NCBI GenBank assembly: GCA_044226015.1
Contig: JBGAHS010000008.1
Location: 96,001-160,000 of the forward strand
DNA: 64,000 nucleotides
Reading direction: 5' to 3'
Source of the DNA: Candidatus Obscuribacteraceae bacterium
GTDB lineage: Bacteria > Cyanobacteriota > Vampirovibrionia > Obscuribacterales > Obscuribacteraceae
How positions within the stretch are numbered: the stretch's first letter is position 1; every line of letters begins with the position of its first letter. The notes below the pieces were generated by a model. The model worked only from the letters and a program-made list of their open reading frames with translations, did no database searches and was not told where the DNA came from. Of the stretch, positions 49,693 through 58,352 are shown in pieces. The position numbers were made by a program, and so were the translations under genes.

Positions 49693-52600
49693 TTATGCCA
49701 CATTCTGCAAGGCTGAGCGTGACTGAGTGCTGCCGTTGCTTTTTCTTCGCAAGGAAAGGAATTGTGCAACTATAACAAGCAGCAGTAAGAAAATAGAGCC
49801 AGCTAGAAGCTGGCAGCCTAATGCAAACAAGCGCGGTTTGTAGCTGAAGACGACTATGTGTTTACCGGCAGGCAATTCTATCGCGCGGAACATGTGATTA
49901 GCTGCATAGATTTTGCTCTCTTTGCCATCAACTTCAGCGTGCCAATCAGGATAGAACGTATCGTTCAACACAAGAACGCATGCTTGCTTATTTTCGGCGA
50001 TAATAGATACTGAATCAGCACTTGAATCGAGAATTCTAGCGCGACCAATACTCCTGTTCTGAATCGATTTCGATGAGCCTGAATTAGCTGAGCTTGTTTT
50101 AGCTGAGCTTGCTTTAGCCGAGCTTGCTTTAGCCGAGCTTGATTCAGCCGAACCGAATTCAACTGAGCCCGTAATTGCTGAACCTGATTTAGACAAGCCT
50201 GAATTAGATAAGCCCGTTTCAGCTGAGCTCGAATTTAGTGAGCCTGACTTAGTAGTTAATTTTCCTGTGGGATCTTCCAGGACTGTGACCATGACTCCTT
50301 GTTTCAGCCCCTTCTCCAACGCAGCCAGAGACTCATCGACAGTACGCACTACCTGAAACTCTTGTGACAAATAAACGCGTGGCAACGACCTCTCGTTCTC
50401 ATAAACAAACAAGGGACCCGGTAAGGTGGCTATTTTCTTGAACTGATCGCTGCGTCCCTCAACAAGTTCGCGAGGTACGACAATACCAGGAGTGCTGCCA
50501 GTCTTAGCGGCGTCGAGTACTTTAGCTGACCAGTTGTCTCTGACAAACAAGCGTGCTTCAGCATCAGGATTCACGGGCTCCGCAAGAGCAACATTGAAGT
50601 GCATGCGATACTTATGCTCACCACATTTGGTGCCGACTTCCTCTATACGATCGTTCAACCACCTGATTGGCTGTAAGACGATCCCAGCCTTATCGGTAAC
50701 AGCAAGAACTGCAGAGTAGTGACCTTCTGCGAATTTGTGGACTGTAAAGCTGGCGTCAACAAAATATTGCTTGCTCTGCGGTTCGTAGTAACCTCTAAGT
50801 TCATCAAGCCTGACACCGTCAGCTAGTTTAAATGGAACCGCCAGAGTGTTTTGCCCGGATGCGCTCAGCGCCGATTGCGAAGCGCTCTTAAGTCCATCAT
50901 CCTTGAGTTCCGAAGCAACCGGCTCACTTTTTGAAGAACCAGCAACTTGTTTCCTGCTTGCGATAGAATCGTCACGCTCGCTGCTTGCAGCAGAAGTTCC
51001 ATGTTTCCTGCTTGCGACAGAATCGCCATGCTTGCTGCTTGCAACAAGAGTTCCATGCTTGCTGCTTGCAACAAGAGTTCCATGCTTGCTGCTTGCAACA
51101 GGAGTTCCAGGCTTGCTTGCAGCAAGAGGCTTGAAAGATGAATTGGCCCGCTCCAGTGCGCGGTCGCTCAGAATGTACCTCACAGATGCAAGGTCAAAAA
51201 TCGCGTTCATTTCCACGGGCGACTCAGGAATGGTGCAGAACTTTGCTCCGGCATTTCCAAGTTTCAAATACTCAGTATAACGCGAGGGAAACAGTGGGGC
51301 TGTCGCACGAAAATCAGTTGTTCCATAAACCAGATTTGTATTCGGCTGAAATATATTGTAGCCAGTTGCAACTATGCGCCCATTCAGCGTTTGCAAATAC
51401 CTGGTCACTTCATTTTCTTGATATTGAAAGTGTTCGCGAGGTCCCATTTCAGTGGGAACAAGCGTAATCAACAAAATCGAATTTGACAGAACCAGCAATG
51501 TAGCAACGTAGAGACGAAAGCGCTCAAACCGTCCTACAACAAAAACAGCAGCGCACGCAAACGCGAGCACCGCTAGAGAGCCGAGCACAAAAGGTAGAGT
51601 CTGCAAGTTCTCAAAGAAATAGCTGGTCAATTTTGGCAGCAAGGTGTTAAGGGTAGGTAGCTGCCAAACGAGCACCAGAAGTGCATAGATAAGGGCAGCT
51701 CCAAACACCAGTCGTCGTCTGGACGCAGCCACATGCTTAGCAGAAACGAACTCATCCAGCCCGGCGGCGCCACAAAGACAAGCTAACAAAATTGCTGCAT
51801 ACAGAGTATATTCAGGCAACAAAAACGCAAACGGTTTTACGCTGAGCAATTGTTCCAGAAACAATGGGCGTACGCTGAACAAAGAGATCAGCACAAACAA
51901 CCCGAGCAATAAACGCTCCTTTTTCGCCCAGAGCGAAAGCCCAAGCGGCAACATGACACCAAGAACAAGACCTATGTATGCGCTTCCAGAGCCTGCTGGA
52001 ATGACCATGCTCAAAAGGTAATTGGACCACTGCATGTGTTCGATGTCATGGCTGGCAAACTTGTAAGAGGCACCATTACTAATGAATTCAACGAGCGGAA
52101 GCACCACAGGTGCAGCAGCGCAGAACGCCACTGTCGCAATGTAGCCAATCCACAAGCTGGCTTTGAGCACCGACTTCAGCGCACTTGTATTGCTCTGCTG
52201 CATCAGCTTTATGCCAGCTATAGCAGCAGCAAGCACTGCTCCGCAGGCGAAGGTTTCGGGATGCATATTGTATGCTGTTGCAGCTGTTAGAAGACCAGCA
52301 AGAGTGGCACGTAACAGGCTTGGTTTCGAGGCAAACCAAACGAATGAAAGTGAGAGCCATGGGTAAAAACAGTAGTTGTTTACCAGCTCGTTGAAGCGCA
52401 AACAGTGCGGACAAAGCGCAAAAGCCAGCGCAGCAGCCAGCGACGACATTCTGGAGAGCGACCAGGTGCGAGCTAAAAAGTAAGTGCCGGCAGCGCTGAT
52501 AAAGACTTTGAAGACAAGCCCGAGGTTGTACAGATATTCAGAATTGGCAGGAAAAACTTGGTGGAAGAAAGAGAATGGCAGCGTTTGGAATTCGGCGAGA

Positions 52601-52908
52601 AAGGGACGCCCAGCTCCATTAAGAGGGTTCCATAAAGGAAGGTCACCACTGTTTTGATATCGAGCGAAGTACTCATTAGGCACGTGTGCCATCGATGTAC
52701 TGAGGTCGTCGGTGATGCACCACGGGGCGCAGAGTTCGGGTGCCTGAACCGCATCCATGACCTTAAGCAGGCAGATTTTCGACACAGGCACGCCATCAAA
52801 GATGGTGCCATGAAACGGAATCAACACGAAAAAGGCAAGCAAGAAAAATACGGCTAAATCGACCGCAAATCCTCGATATTGGTCTCTTTCAAGCGCAGTT
52901 CCTTTCAC
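49693..52908 (-). CDS. YfhO-family GT-C membrane protein #4 with two tandem-repeat insertions
   Basis: PLWNPLNGAGRPF, MHPE, YKF, FQPNTNLVYG, DLASVRYI and LNDTFYPDW motifs. Confidence 0.85.
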   Translation of the reverse strand: MKGTALERDQYRGFAVDLAVFFLLAFFVLIPFHGTIFDGVPVSKICLLKVMDAVQAPELCAPWCITDDLSTSMAHVPNEYFARYQNSGDLPLWNPLNGAGRPFLAEFQTLPFSFFHQVFPANSEYLYNLGLVFKVFISAAGTYFLARTWSLSRMSSLAAALAFALCPHCLRFNELVNNYCFYPWLSLSFVWFASKPSLLRATLAGLLTAATAYNMHPETFACGAVLAAAIAGIKLMQQSNTSALKSVLKASLWIGYIATVAFCAAAPVVLPLVEFISNGASYKFASHDIEHMQWSNYLLSMVIPAGSGSAYIGLVLGVMLPLGLSLWAKKERLLLGLFVLISLFSVRPLFLEQLLSVKPFAFLLPEYTLYAAILLACLCGAAGLDEFVSAKHVAASRRRLVFGAALIYALLVLVWQLPTLNTLLPKLTSYFFENLQTLPFVLGSLAVLAFACAAVFVVGRFERFRLYVATLLVLSNSILLITLVPTEMGPREHFQYQENEVTRYLQTLNGRIVATGYNIFQPNTNLVYGTTDFRATAPLFPSRYTEYLKLGNAGAKFCTIPESPVEMNAIFDLASVRYILSDRALERANSSFKPLAASKPGTPVASSKHGTLVASSKHGTLVASSKHGDSVASRKHGTSAASSERDDSIASRKQVAGSSKSEPVASELKDDGLKSASQSALSASGQNTLAVPFKLADGVRLDELRGYYEPQSKQYFVDASFTVHKFAEGHYSAVLAVTDKAGIVLQPIRWLNDRIEEVGTKCGEHKYRMHFNVALAEPVNPDAEARLFVRDNWSAKVLDAAKTGSTPGIVVPRELVEGRSDQFKKIATLPGPLFVYENERSLPRVYLSQEFQVVRTVDESLAALEKGLKQGVMVTVLEDPTGKLTTKSGSLNSSSAETGLSNSGLSKSGSAITGSVEFGSAESSSAKASSAKASSAKTSSANSGSSKSIQNRSIGRARILDSSADSVSIIAENKQACVLVLNDTFYPDWHAEVDGKESKIYAANHMFRAIELPAGKHIVVFSYKPRLFALGCQLLAGSIFLLLLVIVAQFLSLRRKSNGSTQSRSALQNVA
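50068..50250. repeat. In-frame 15-bp tandem repeat (~12 degenerate units; pentapeptides such as KASSA and KSGSA)
   Basis: TTAGC(T/C)GAGCTTGCT core repeated; protein reads KSGSL NSSSA ETGLS NSGLS KSGSA ITGSV EFGSA ESSSA KASSA KASSA KTSSA NSGSS. Confidence 0.85.
50945..51130. repeat. In-frame 27-bp tandem repeat (~7 units; ASSKHGTLV)
   Basis: CCATGCTTGCTGCTTGCAACAAGAGTT is exact at 51026 and 51053, near-exact at 51080, and degenerate at 50945, 50972, 50999 and 51107. Confidence 0.9.
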
Positions 52909-52917
52909 AATGCCACA

Positions 52918-53775
52918 TCACATTAGTTCGGCTGGTGTAGAAAACACTTTCGGTACGACCTTGCCTGTCGTCATCAATTCCTTGTATTGAGGAATGACAT
53001 CAGAAGGCAATCCCTGACAAACAACCTGACCGCCGTTGAGCAAGACTGCGCGCTGGCAATGACTGGCCGCACTCAGGTCATGCGTCACGAGTATGACGGT
53101 GGTTCCACTGGCTTGAATTTCGTGCAATTTGCGGAAGCACTTTTCTTGGAAGCGAATATCACCTACAGCGAGTGCTTCGTCGATAATCAATATCGCAGGT
53201 TTGACCGCAGTAGCACAGGCGTAAGCTAGACGAACCAACATTCCGCTGGAATACGTCTTCACAGGCTGGTCTATAAAGTCACCGATTTCAGCGAATTCAA
53301 TAATGCTCGGCAAGTATTGTTGCATCTCGTCTTCGGTAATGCCCAGAAGCATGCCCGAGAGAATAGCGTTTTCGCGTCCGGAATATTCGGGCTGGAAACC
53401 AGCACCGAGTTCGAGAATGGCAGTGAGTCGCCCCTCTCTGCGAATCTCGCCCCAGGTAGGCTGCAAAGTTCCTGCAATTATTTGCAGCAAAGTTGACTTG
53501 CCCGAACCATTTGGTCCCAAGAGCGCAGTTGTGGTGCCTTTTGGAAACGCAACTGAAATATCGCGCAACGCCCAAAATTCTTTGTGGAAGCAGCGCTTAT
53601 TCTGGAGAAGAATTTCTTTCAGCCTGTCGACCGGCTTAGCATAAATGTTGTAGCGCTTTGACACGCTAACGACTTCCACGGCAGAAGGAAGTGAAGCACA
53701 GGGGTCTACCACCGCCAATGGTGGCGGTGCTTGTCCATTTTCCCAAAGGTCTGTTTCGAAACTCATGCTTGCCAC
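52918..53775 (-). CDS. wzt: Polysaccharide/teichoic-acid export ABC ATPase (Wzt/TagH-like), no C-terminal CBM
   Basis: EFWALRDIS, Walker A GPNGSGKST, LELGAGF, YSSGMLVRLA and IDEALAVGD..FQEKC; only 285 aa. Confidence 0.9.
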   Translation of the reverse strand: MASMSFETDLWENGQAPPPLAVVDPCASLPSAVEVVSVSKRYNIYAKPVDRLKEILLQNKRCFHKEFWALRDISVAFPKGTTTALLGPNGSGKSTLLQIIAGTLQPTWGEIRREGRLTAILELGAGFQPEYSGRENAILSGMLLGITEDEMQQYLPSIIEFAEIGDFIDQPVKTYSSGMLVRLAYACATAVKPAILIIDEALAVGDIRFQEKCFRKLHEIQASGTTVILVTHDLSAASHCQRAVLLNGGQVVCQGLPSDVIPQYKELMTTGKVVPKVFSTPAELM

Positions 53776-53776
53776 C

Positions 53777-54742
53777 TCACATCACATCAGCGAACGACTT
53801 CTTCGTTTTGAGGAAGAAGGTCAGTCCGAAGAAACAAACCGCAGCCGAGATGGCTGTGTACAAACAATAATTGGACCAGAGTGGCATAACGCCTTCAAGC
53901 AAAATGCGTCTGAAATCATCAACAATTCCAGAAAGCGGATTGATAATCAAAATCCAGCGGTATTGCTCAGGAACAGAAGATGACGGGTAGAGAATGGGAG
54001 TCGCATACATGCCAGCTTGCAGAGCCAGACTCACCATGTGACGAGTGTCTCTGACGTACACCCCGAGACTAGCCAGAAACCAACTCACTCCAGAAGAGAA
54101 CATCAGCAAAGGCAGCGCCAGAACTGGCAGAAGCAGAAGCGTCGGATGAACCTGCCCGCCCAAGTAGAAGATGCTCGCGACAAGAAGCACACTGAAAGCA
54201 AGGGCTTGTGTGCAAAAGGCTGAGAACACATTATTCAATGGCAAAATTTCAGTCGGGAAAACAACTTTTGTGACCAGATTTGGATTGTCCAGAATGACAG
54301 TTGGCGCGCGAGATACAGACTCAGAAAAAATCGACCAGGCAATCAAGCCGGTCATAAAGTACACAGCAAAACTGCTGGTACCAGCCGATGCCCCGAATTT
54401 GATTTTCAACACAACAGAGAAAACGAAAGTGTAAATCAGGAGCTGCCCCATCGGATGCACCAGCGGCCACAATTTACCGAGCAAAGAACCTTTGTAGCGG
54501 CTCGCAATGTCGCGCTTCACCAAAATTGAAATGATTTTGCGGTGCGAAAAAAGACCCAACATCTCTTGGAGCAAACCAGGCTGCACAATAGCTTTCGGAC
54601 TTGCAGCTGATGGAGTCAGCAGGTTTGGCGAACCGCTAGCCTGCGCTGCCGCACGAGACTCGGCAACTGGTCTTGCAGACGTTCCAGTATTTTCTTGCAA
54701 TTGAGTTTCCGCCAAAATCGTTCCTCGAGAGATGAAACGCAA
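53777..54742 (-). CDS. wzm: Polysaccharide export ABC permease (Wzm/TagG-like)
   Basis: RDIASRYKGSLLG..W, NPNLVTKVVFP, YVRD, YATPILYP, INPL and FADVM motifs; 1 nt from wzt; true start possibly TTG 54715. Confidence 0.9.
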   Translation of the reverse strand: MRFISRGTILAETQLQENTGTSARPVAESRAAAQASGSPNLLTPSAASPKAIVQPGLLQEMLGLFSHRKIISILVKRDIASRYKGSLLGKLWPLVHPMGQLLIYTFVFSVVLKIKFGASAGTSSFAVYFMTGLIAWSIFSESVSRAPTVILDNPNLVTKVVFPTEILPLNNVFSAFCTQALAFSVLLVASIFYLGGQVHPTLLLLPVLALPLLMFSSGVSWFLASLGVYVRDTRHMVSLALQAGMYATPILYPSSSVPEQYRWILIINPLSGIVDDFRRILLEGVMPLWSNYCLYTAISAAVCFFGLTFFLKTKKSFADVM

Positions 54743-54881
54743 TACATCAAGATGCGCTTTATCAGCTCCTATATTACGTTATCAAGAACGATGTTAGCCT
54801 TATTATCTTGCCATCCTTAAGCAAACTTGAGCTGAGGTGTTTTCGAGACTGCAGCCGAAAACATTGGGAACTGAGTGATTC

Positions 54882-57821
54882 TCACGGTAATTTAGACTCC
54901 GCGGCAGTTCCTGAGTTTTCTTTATTTTTTCTCAGCTGCAATTTTCGCAGTTCGGAAACCAGCCCAACGACCAACAAAAGTAGGCTAATGCATACGCCTC
55001 CTTTGAAAAGTGTCAGCCCCAAACTGAAGGACTCTGGCTCGTAGCTGAATTTCACATAATGCGCCCCAGCTGGAACTTTCACAGCACGGAAGGCATGGTT
55101 GGCTGGGTAAATCTCTTGTTCTTTTCCATCAAGTTGGGCGACCCAACCAGGAAAGAAGGTGTCGGTCAAAATCAAAAATGCGGGAGCCTTTGATCGCACT
55201 TTCAGAAGAATAGAATCTGAATCACGATCAAGAATTTTGAGCTCATCGCTTTTTATTAAATCATCGTCTACTTTGTTGCGCATTTCTTCGTCAGAATGCG
55301 GGTCTTCAATAACAGCAAAGTTATGCCAATCGACATTTCTCTTTAAGGCAGCTAAAGAGGCTTCAGAGTTCTTAACCGTAATGCAGTTATGCACGAGATA
55401 TGCACGCGGTAGAGCAAGTTGGTTTTCGTAAAGAAAGAAACCATCGGCGGTATCAGAAATGCGCTTTAGCCCATTAACTGGAGAATTCGCAGCTTGAGGC
55501 AACTGGCTGGTGAATGAGCCGATTCTCAGTGCATTTCCCAAGCTAGTATTAGCGCAATGTTCGCCACTAATCTTCAGCGGCGCATCAGTCCAAGTATCCT
55601 TCACTATCAAATCAACATTCACCGCTTTGCCAGCAGGAAAATTGTGAGGAAGCGGCAAAGACATTTTTTGCACATACTTATGGTTTAGCAACGGCGTAGC
55701 ATCTTTGTCGATTGACTCGGAATTCCATTTACCCGCATAGATAGGGGTTCCTTTATCATCAGTTAGAACAGGACGAGAAATGTAGCGTGCCTGCATTGAT
55801 GGATCAAAGAAAAATTCCAAGGTCAAACTTAACGCGTTTTCTGAGGGGCTGTATGAAACAATTGCATTCTGGTATCTCAAGCCATCGCCTAGTTTGATAG
55901 GTCCACTGATAACAGAAATGGCTTTAGCATCGACAGCTCGCTGTGCCTCCCCCGCGGCCCCCTCCTCTTCAGCGCCACGCCGACTTATGGCTCGATCGCT
56001 AAGAATGTATTTGACACTCGCCAGATCAAATAATGGACCCAACGTGTCGGGACAGTTCTGCAAGAAACAGTATTTTGTTCCAACACCAGCTGCGGTGCAA
56101 AACTCCATAAATCTCGTTGGATGAATTGGCGCGTAAGCGCAAAAGTCATTAATGTTATATAGGAGATTTGTATTGGGCTGGAAAGTAGAGAATCCAGTTG
56201 CAACAATTCGGCTATCTATATTCTGCGCGAGCTTAAGCTTATCGACAGGTCGATAGGAAGCGCCCGGACCAGGTGTGAATTCTAGAGCTGTAGCATGAAG
56301 CAAGGTGAGACTGTTCAAGACAAGCAAAATAAACCTGCAAACTGCGGTGCCCTTTTTGCTCAAACGCATCGAGAAAAACAGTGCCACCAGAACACAGGTG
56401 GTAGCAGCAAGCACCCTTAAAGAAACGGGAACACTGGAGCTTCCATAGACGAACGCATCAGAGAAACGAGCGGCGAGTTCAGCGATTGCTGGTATTTGCC
56501 CCAAAACCACCAGGAGCCCAATCGAACAGGGAACTAAAACCCACCAATTCGGTTTGAATCTGCTAGCAAGCTTTCGGTTGTTTGCAAGAGAATCAAGCCC
56601 AGCAGCAGCAATGCAAGCCTGCAACAATGCAAGTGTTCCAAGAGGATACTCTGGCAATACGAAAATAAAAGGCTTATGGGAGAACAGAGTTTCAAAAATA
56701 CCCGGGCGCACACAAAACAACGCCGCAGCAAAGAATGACAGAGCAAGTGTCTTGCGCTCTCGAAAGAATTTTGCCAGACCAGGGAAGATTAAGAGCCCTA
56801 AGACAGCTCCTAAATAATAGTGCATTGTTCCAAGCGGAAGCACCATGTTTGCGATGTAATCTGCCCAGGGAATGAAAGCCACAACGTCAGTATCGAACTT
56901 ATACGAGGCACTATTCCTTACGAATTCGAGAAAAGGCAAAATCAAAGGGGCAGTCAAAAGAAGCGACAAAATAGCAATTAGTGATTGCCAACGAAACCAG
57001 TCAGCAATTGCAGCAAAGAAAGACCTTTGCCTCTTAAATGAGTTCCTAAAGTAATCGTCCAGAGAAATAATTGACCCGGCAACGACCGCGCAGGCAAACG
57101 TCTCTGGGTGTGTTTCATACGCAAAAGCCGCCACAATTGCAGAGCAGAGAACGGCTCTCAATATTGACGGCTTTGAGCCCACCCACAAAAAGCACAACAA
57201 CAAAACAGGAAAAGCGAAGTAGTTATTACAAAGTTCAACCCAGCGAAGCAAGCGAGGGCAGAGCATGAAAGCAGTGCCTGCCACAAATGAAGACAAGCCG
57301 CTGTTTCCGAGCCTTCGCGACACAAAGTAGCACGCAATACCAGCAAGCAAGAGTCGAATAAAAATTCCGAGATTGTAGAGCTGCCAATCACTGAATGGAA
57401 ACCACCTGCGATAGCTCGACCAATTCAGCGTTTGAAACTCGCCAGCAAAAGGCCGTCCAGCCCCAGACAGATCGTTCCAGAGAGGCGCAGCTACCGCGCC
57501 ATTATTTTGTGAATATAATTCGTTTGGAATATGCTCTAGAGCAGCGCTGGGGTCATCGCTCAAACGAAACGGGAGATCAGAGCCGCGATTTTGCCAGCGA
57601 TCAACTTCACGCAACAAATAGAACTTCGACAAACATTTCTTGCTTAGCTCCGGGCTTTTCTCAGTGAGCAGAGCGGCATCTCCAAATTGAAACAAAGCCA
57701 ATACGACAAGCAGAAAAATAAAGAAGCAGTTTGTGGCGAAAGCATTCTTCTCAAACATACGCACGCCTGAAAGCGACCCATTATTGGTCACGCTAAGAGT
57801 TGTCGTGTTGGAACTCATCAC
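54882..57821 (-). CDS. YfhO-family GT-C membrane protein #5
   Basis: DDPS, PLWNDLSGAGRPF, THPE, YKF, FQPNTNLLY, DLASVKYI, YENQLALPRAYLV and LTDTFFPGW motifs. Confidence 0.85.
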   Translation of the reverse strand: MMSSNTTTLSVTNNGSLSGVRMFEKNAFATNCFFIFLLVVLALFQFGDAALLTEKSPELSKKCLSKFYLLREVDRWQNRGSDLPFRLSDDPSAALEHIPNELYSQNNGAVAAPLWNDLSGAGRPFAGEFQTLNWSSYRRWFPFSDWQLYNLGIFIRLLLAGIACYFVSRRLGNSGLSSFVAGTAFMLCPRLLRWVELCNNYFAFPVLLLCFLWVGSKPSILRAVLCSAIVAAFAYETHPETFACAVVAGSIISLDDYFRNSFKRQRSFFAAIADWFRWQSLIAILSLLLTAPLILPFLEFVRNSASYKFDTDVVAFIPWADYIANMVLPLGTMHYYLGAVLGLLIFPGLAKFFRERKTLALSFFAAALFCVRPGIFETLFSHKPFIFVLPEYPLGTLALLQACIAAAGLDSLANNRKLASRFKPNWWVLVPCSIGLLVVLGQIPAIAELAARFSDAFVYGSSSVPVSLRVLAATTCVLVALFFSMRLSKKGTAVCRFILLVLNSLTLLHATALEFTPGPGASYRPVDKLKLAQNIDSRIVATGFSTFQPNTNLLYNINDFCAYAPIHPTRFMEFCTAAGVGTKYCFLQNCPDTLGPLFDLASVKYILSDRAISRRGAEEEGAAGEAQRAVDAKAISVISGPIKLGDGLRYQNAIVSYSPSENALSLTLEFFFDPSMQARYISRPVLTDDKGTPIYAGKWNSESIDKDATPLLNHKYVQKMSLPLPHNFPAGKAVNVDLIVKDTWTDAPLKISGEHCANTSLGNALRIGSFTSQLPQAANSPVNGLKRISDTADGFFLYENQLALPRAYLVHNCITVKNSEASLAALKRNVDWHNFAVIEDPHSDEEMRNKVDDDLIKSDELKILDRDSDSILLKVRSKAPAFLILTDTFFPGWVAQLDGKEQEIYPANHAFRAVKVPAGAHYVKFSYEPESFSLGLTLFKGGVCISLLLLVVGLVSELRKLQLRKNKENSGTAAESKLP

Positions 57822-57831
57822 AAAATCCGCT

Positions 57832-58344
57832 TCAAGACTTCCAGCAATAAACTCGTGTTACATGCGAATGGTCATCTTTCTTGTAATCTAGCTGAGCACA
57901 AAGCTTTCCGCCATTGAAATAGAAGTACTCAGTGGGCTTTTCGCAACCGGCAATATGCAATTCTTCCTCATCGTGTTCATCAGCAGGTGCAGTTCCAACA
58001 TCAAGAATGCTTCGAGCAATTTTTACTGACTCTTCTTTGCTTAAACCTGCCGGATAGGCGATTTCGACGGCATAAACCTTCCCGTCACGGCAATGAAGCG
58101 AACAGCTTCCTCCATGAGAATCTGGGTGTTTGGCTTCGTATTGAATTTTCTTGCCAAAATGCCCTGCCTCGTTATAAGCAAATGTTTTCCACGAGACACG
58201 GACGCGATTTGTATCCATTCCTACTCTTACGTCATCAGCCTTCAAAGAGCCTCTCATCGACCAGAGCCAAATTCCCGCTGCCACTACCAGCAATATCGCC
58301 AGGAGTAACTTCCAATTCATCAACTTCGCCTTCATACTCGACAT
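57832..58344 (-). CDS. Small membrane-anchored hypothetical protein, paralog of 27498..28019
   Basis: N-terminal TM helix and the same conserved blocks as the 28 kb gene; ends 10 nt before YfhO #5. Confidence 0.8.
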   Translation of the reverse strand: MSSMKAKLMNWKLLLAILLVVAAGIWLWSMRGSLKADDVRVGMDTNRVRVSWKTFAYNEAGHFGKKIQYEAKHPDSHGGSCSLHCRDGKVYAVEIAYPAGLSKEESVKIARSILDVGTAPADEHDEEELHIAGCEKPTEYFYFNGGKLCAQLDYKKDDHSHVTRVYCWKS

Positions 58345-58352
58345 GGTTCTGC

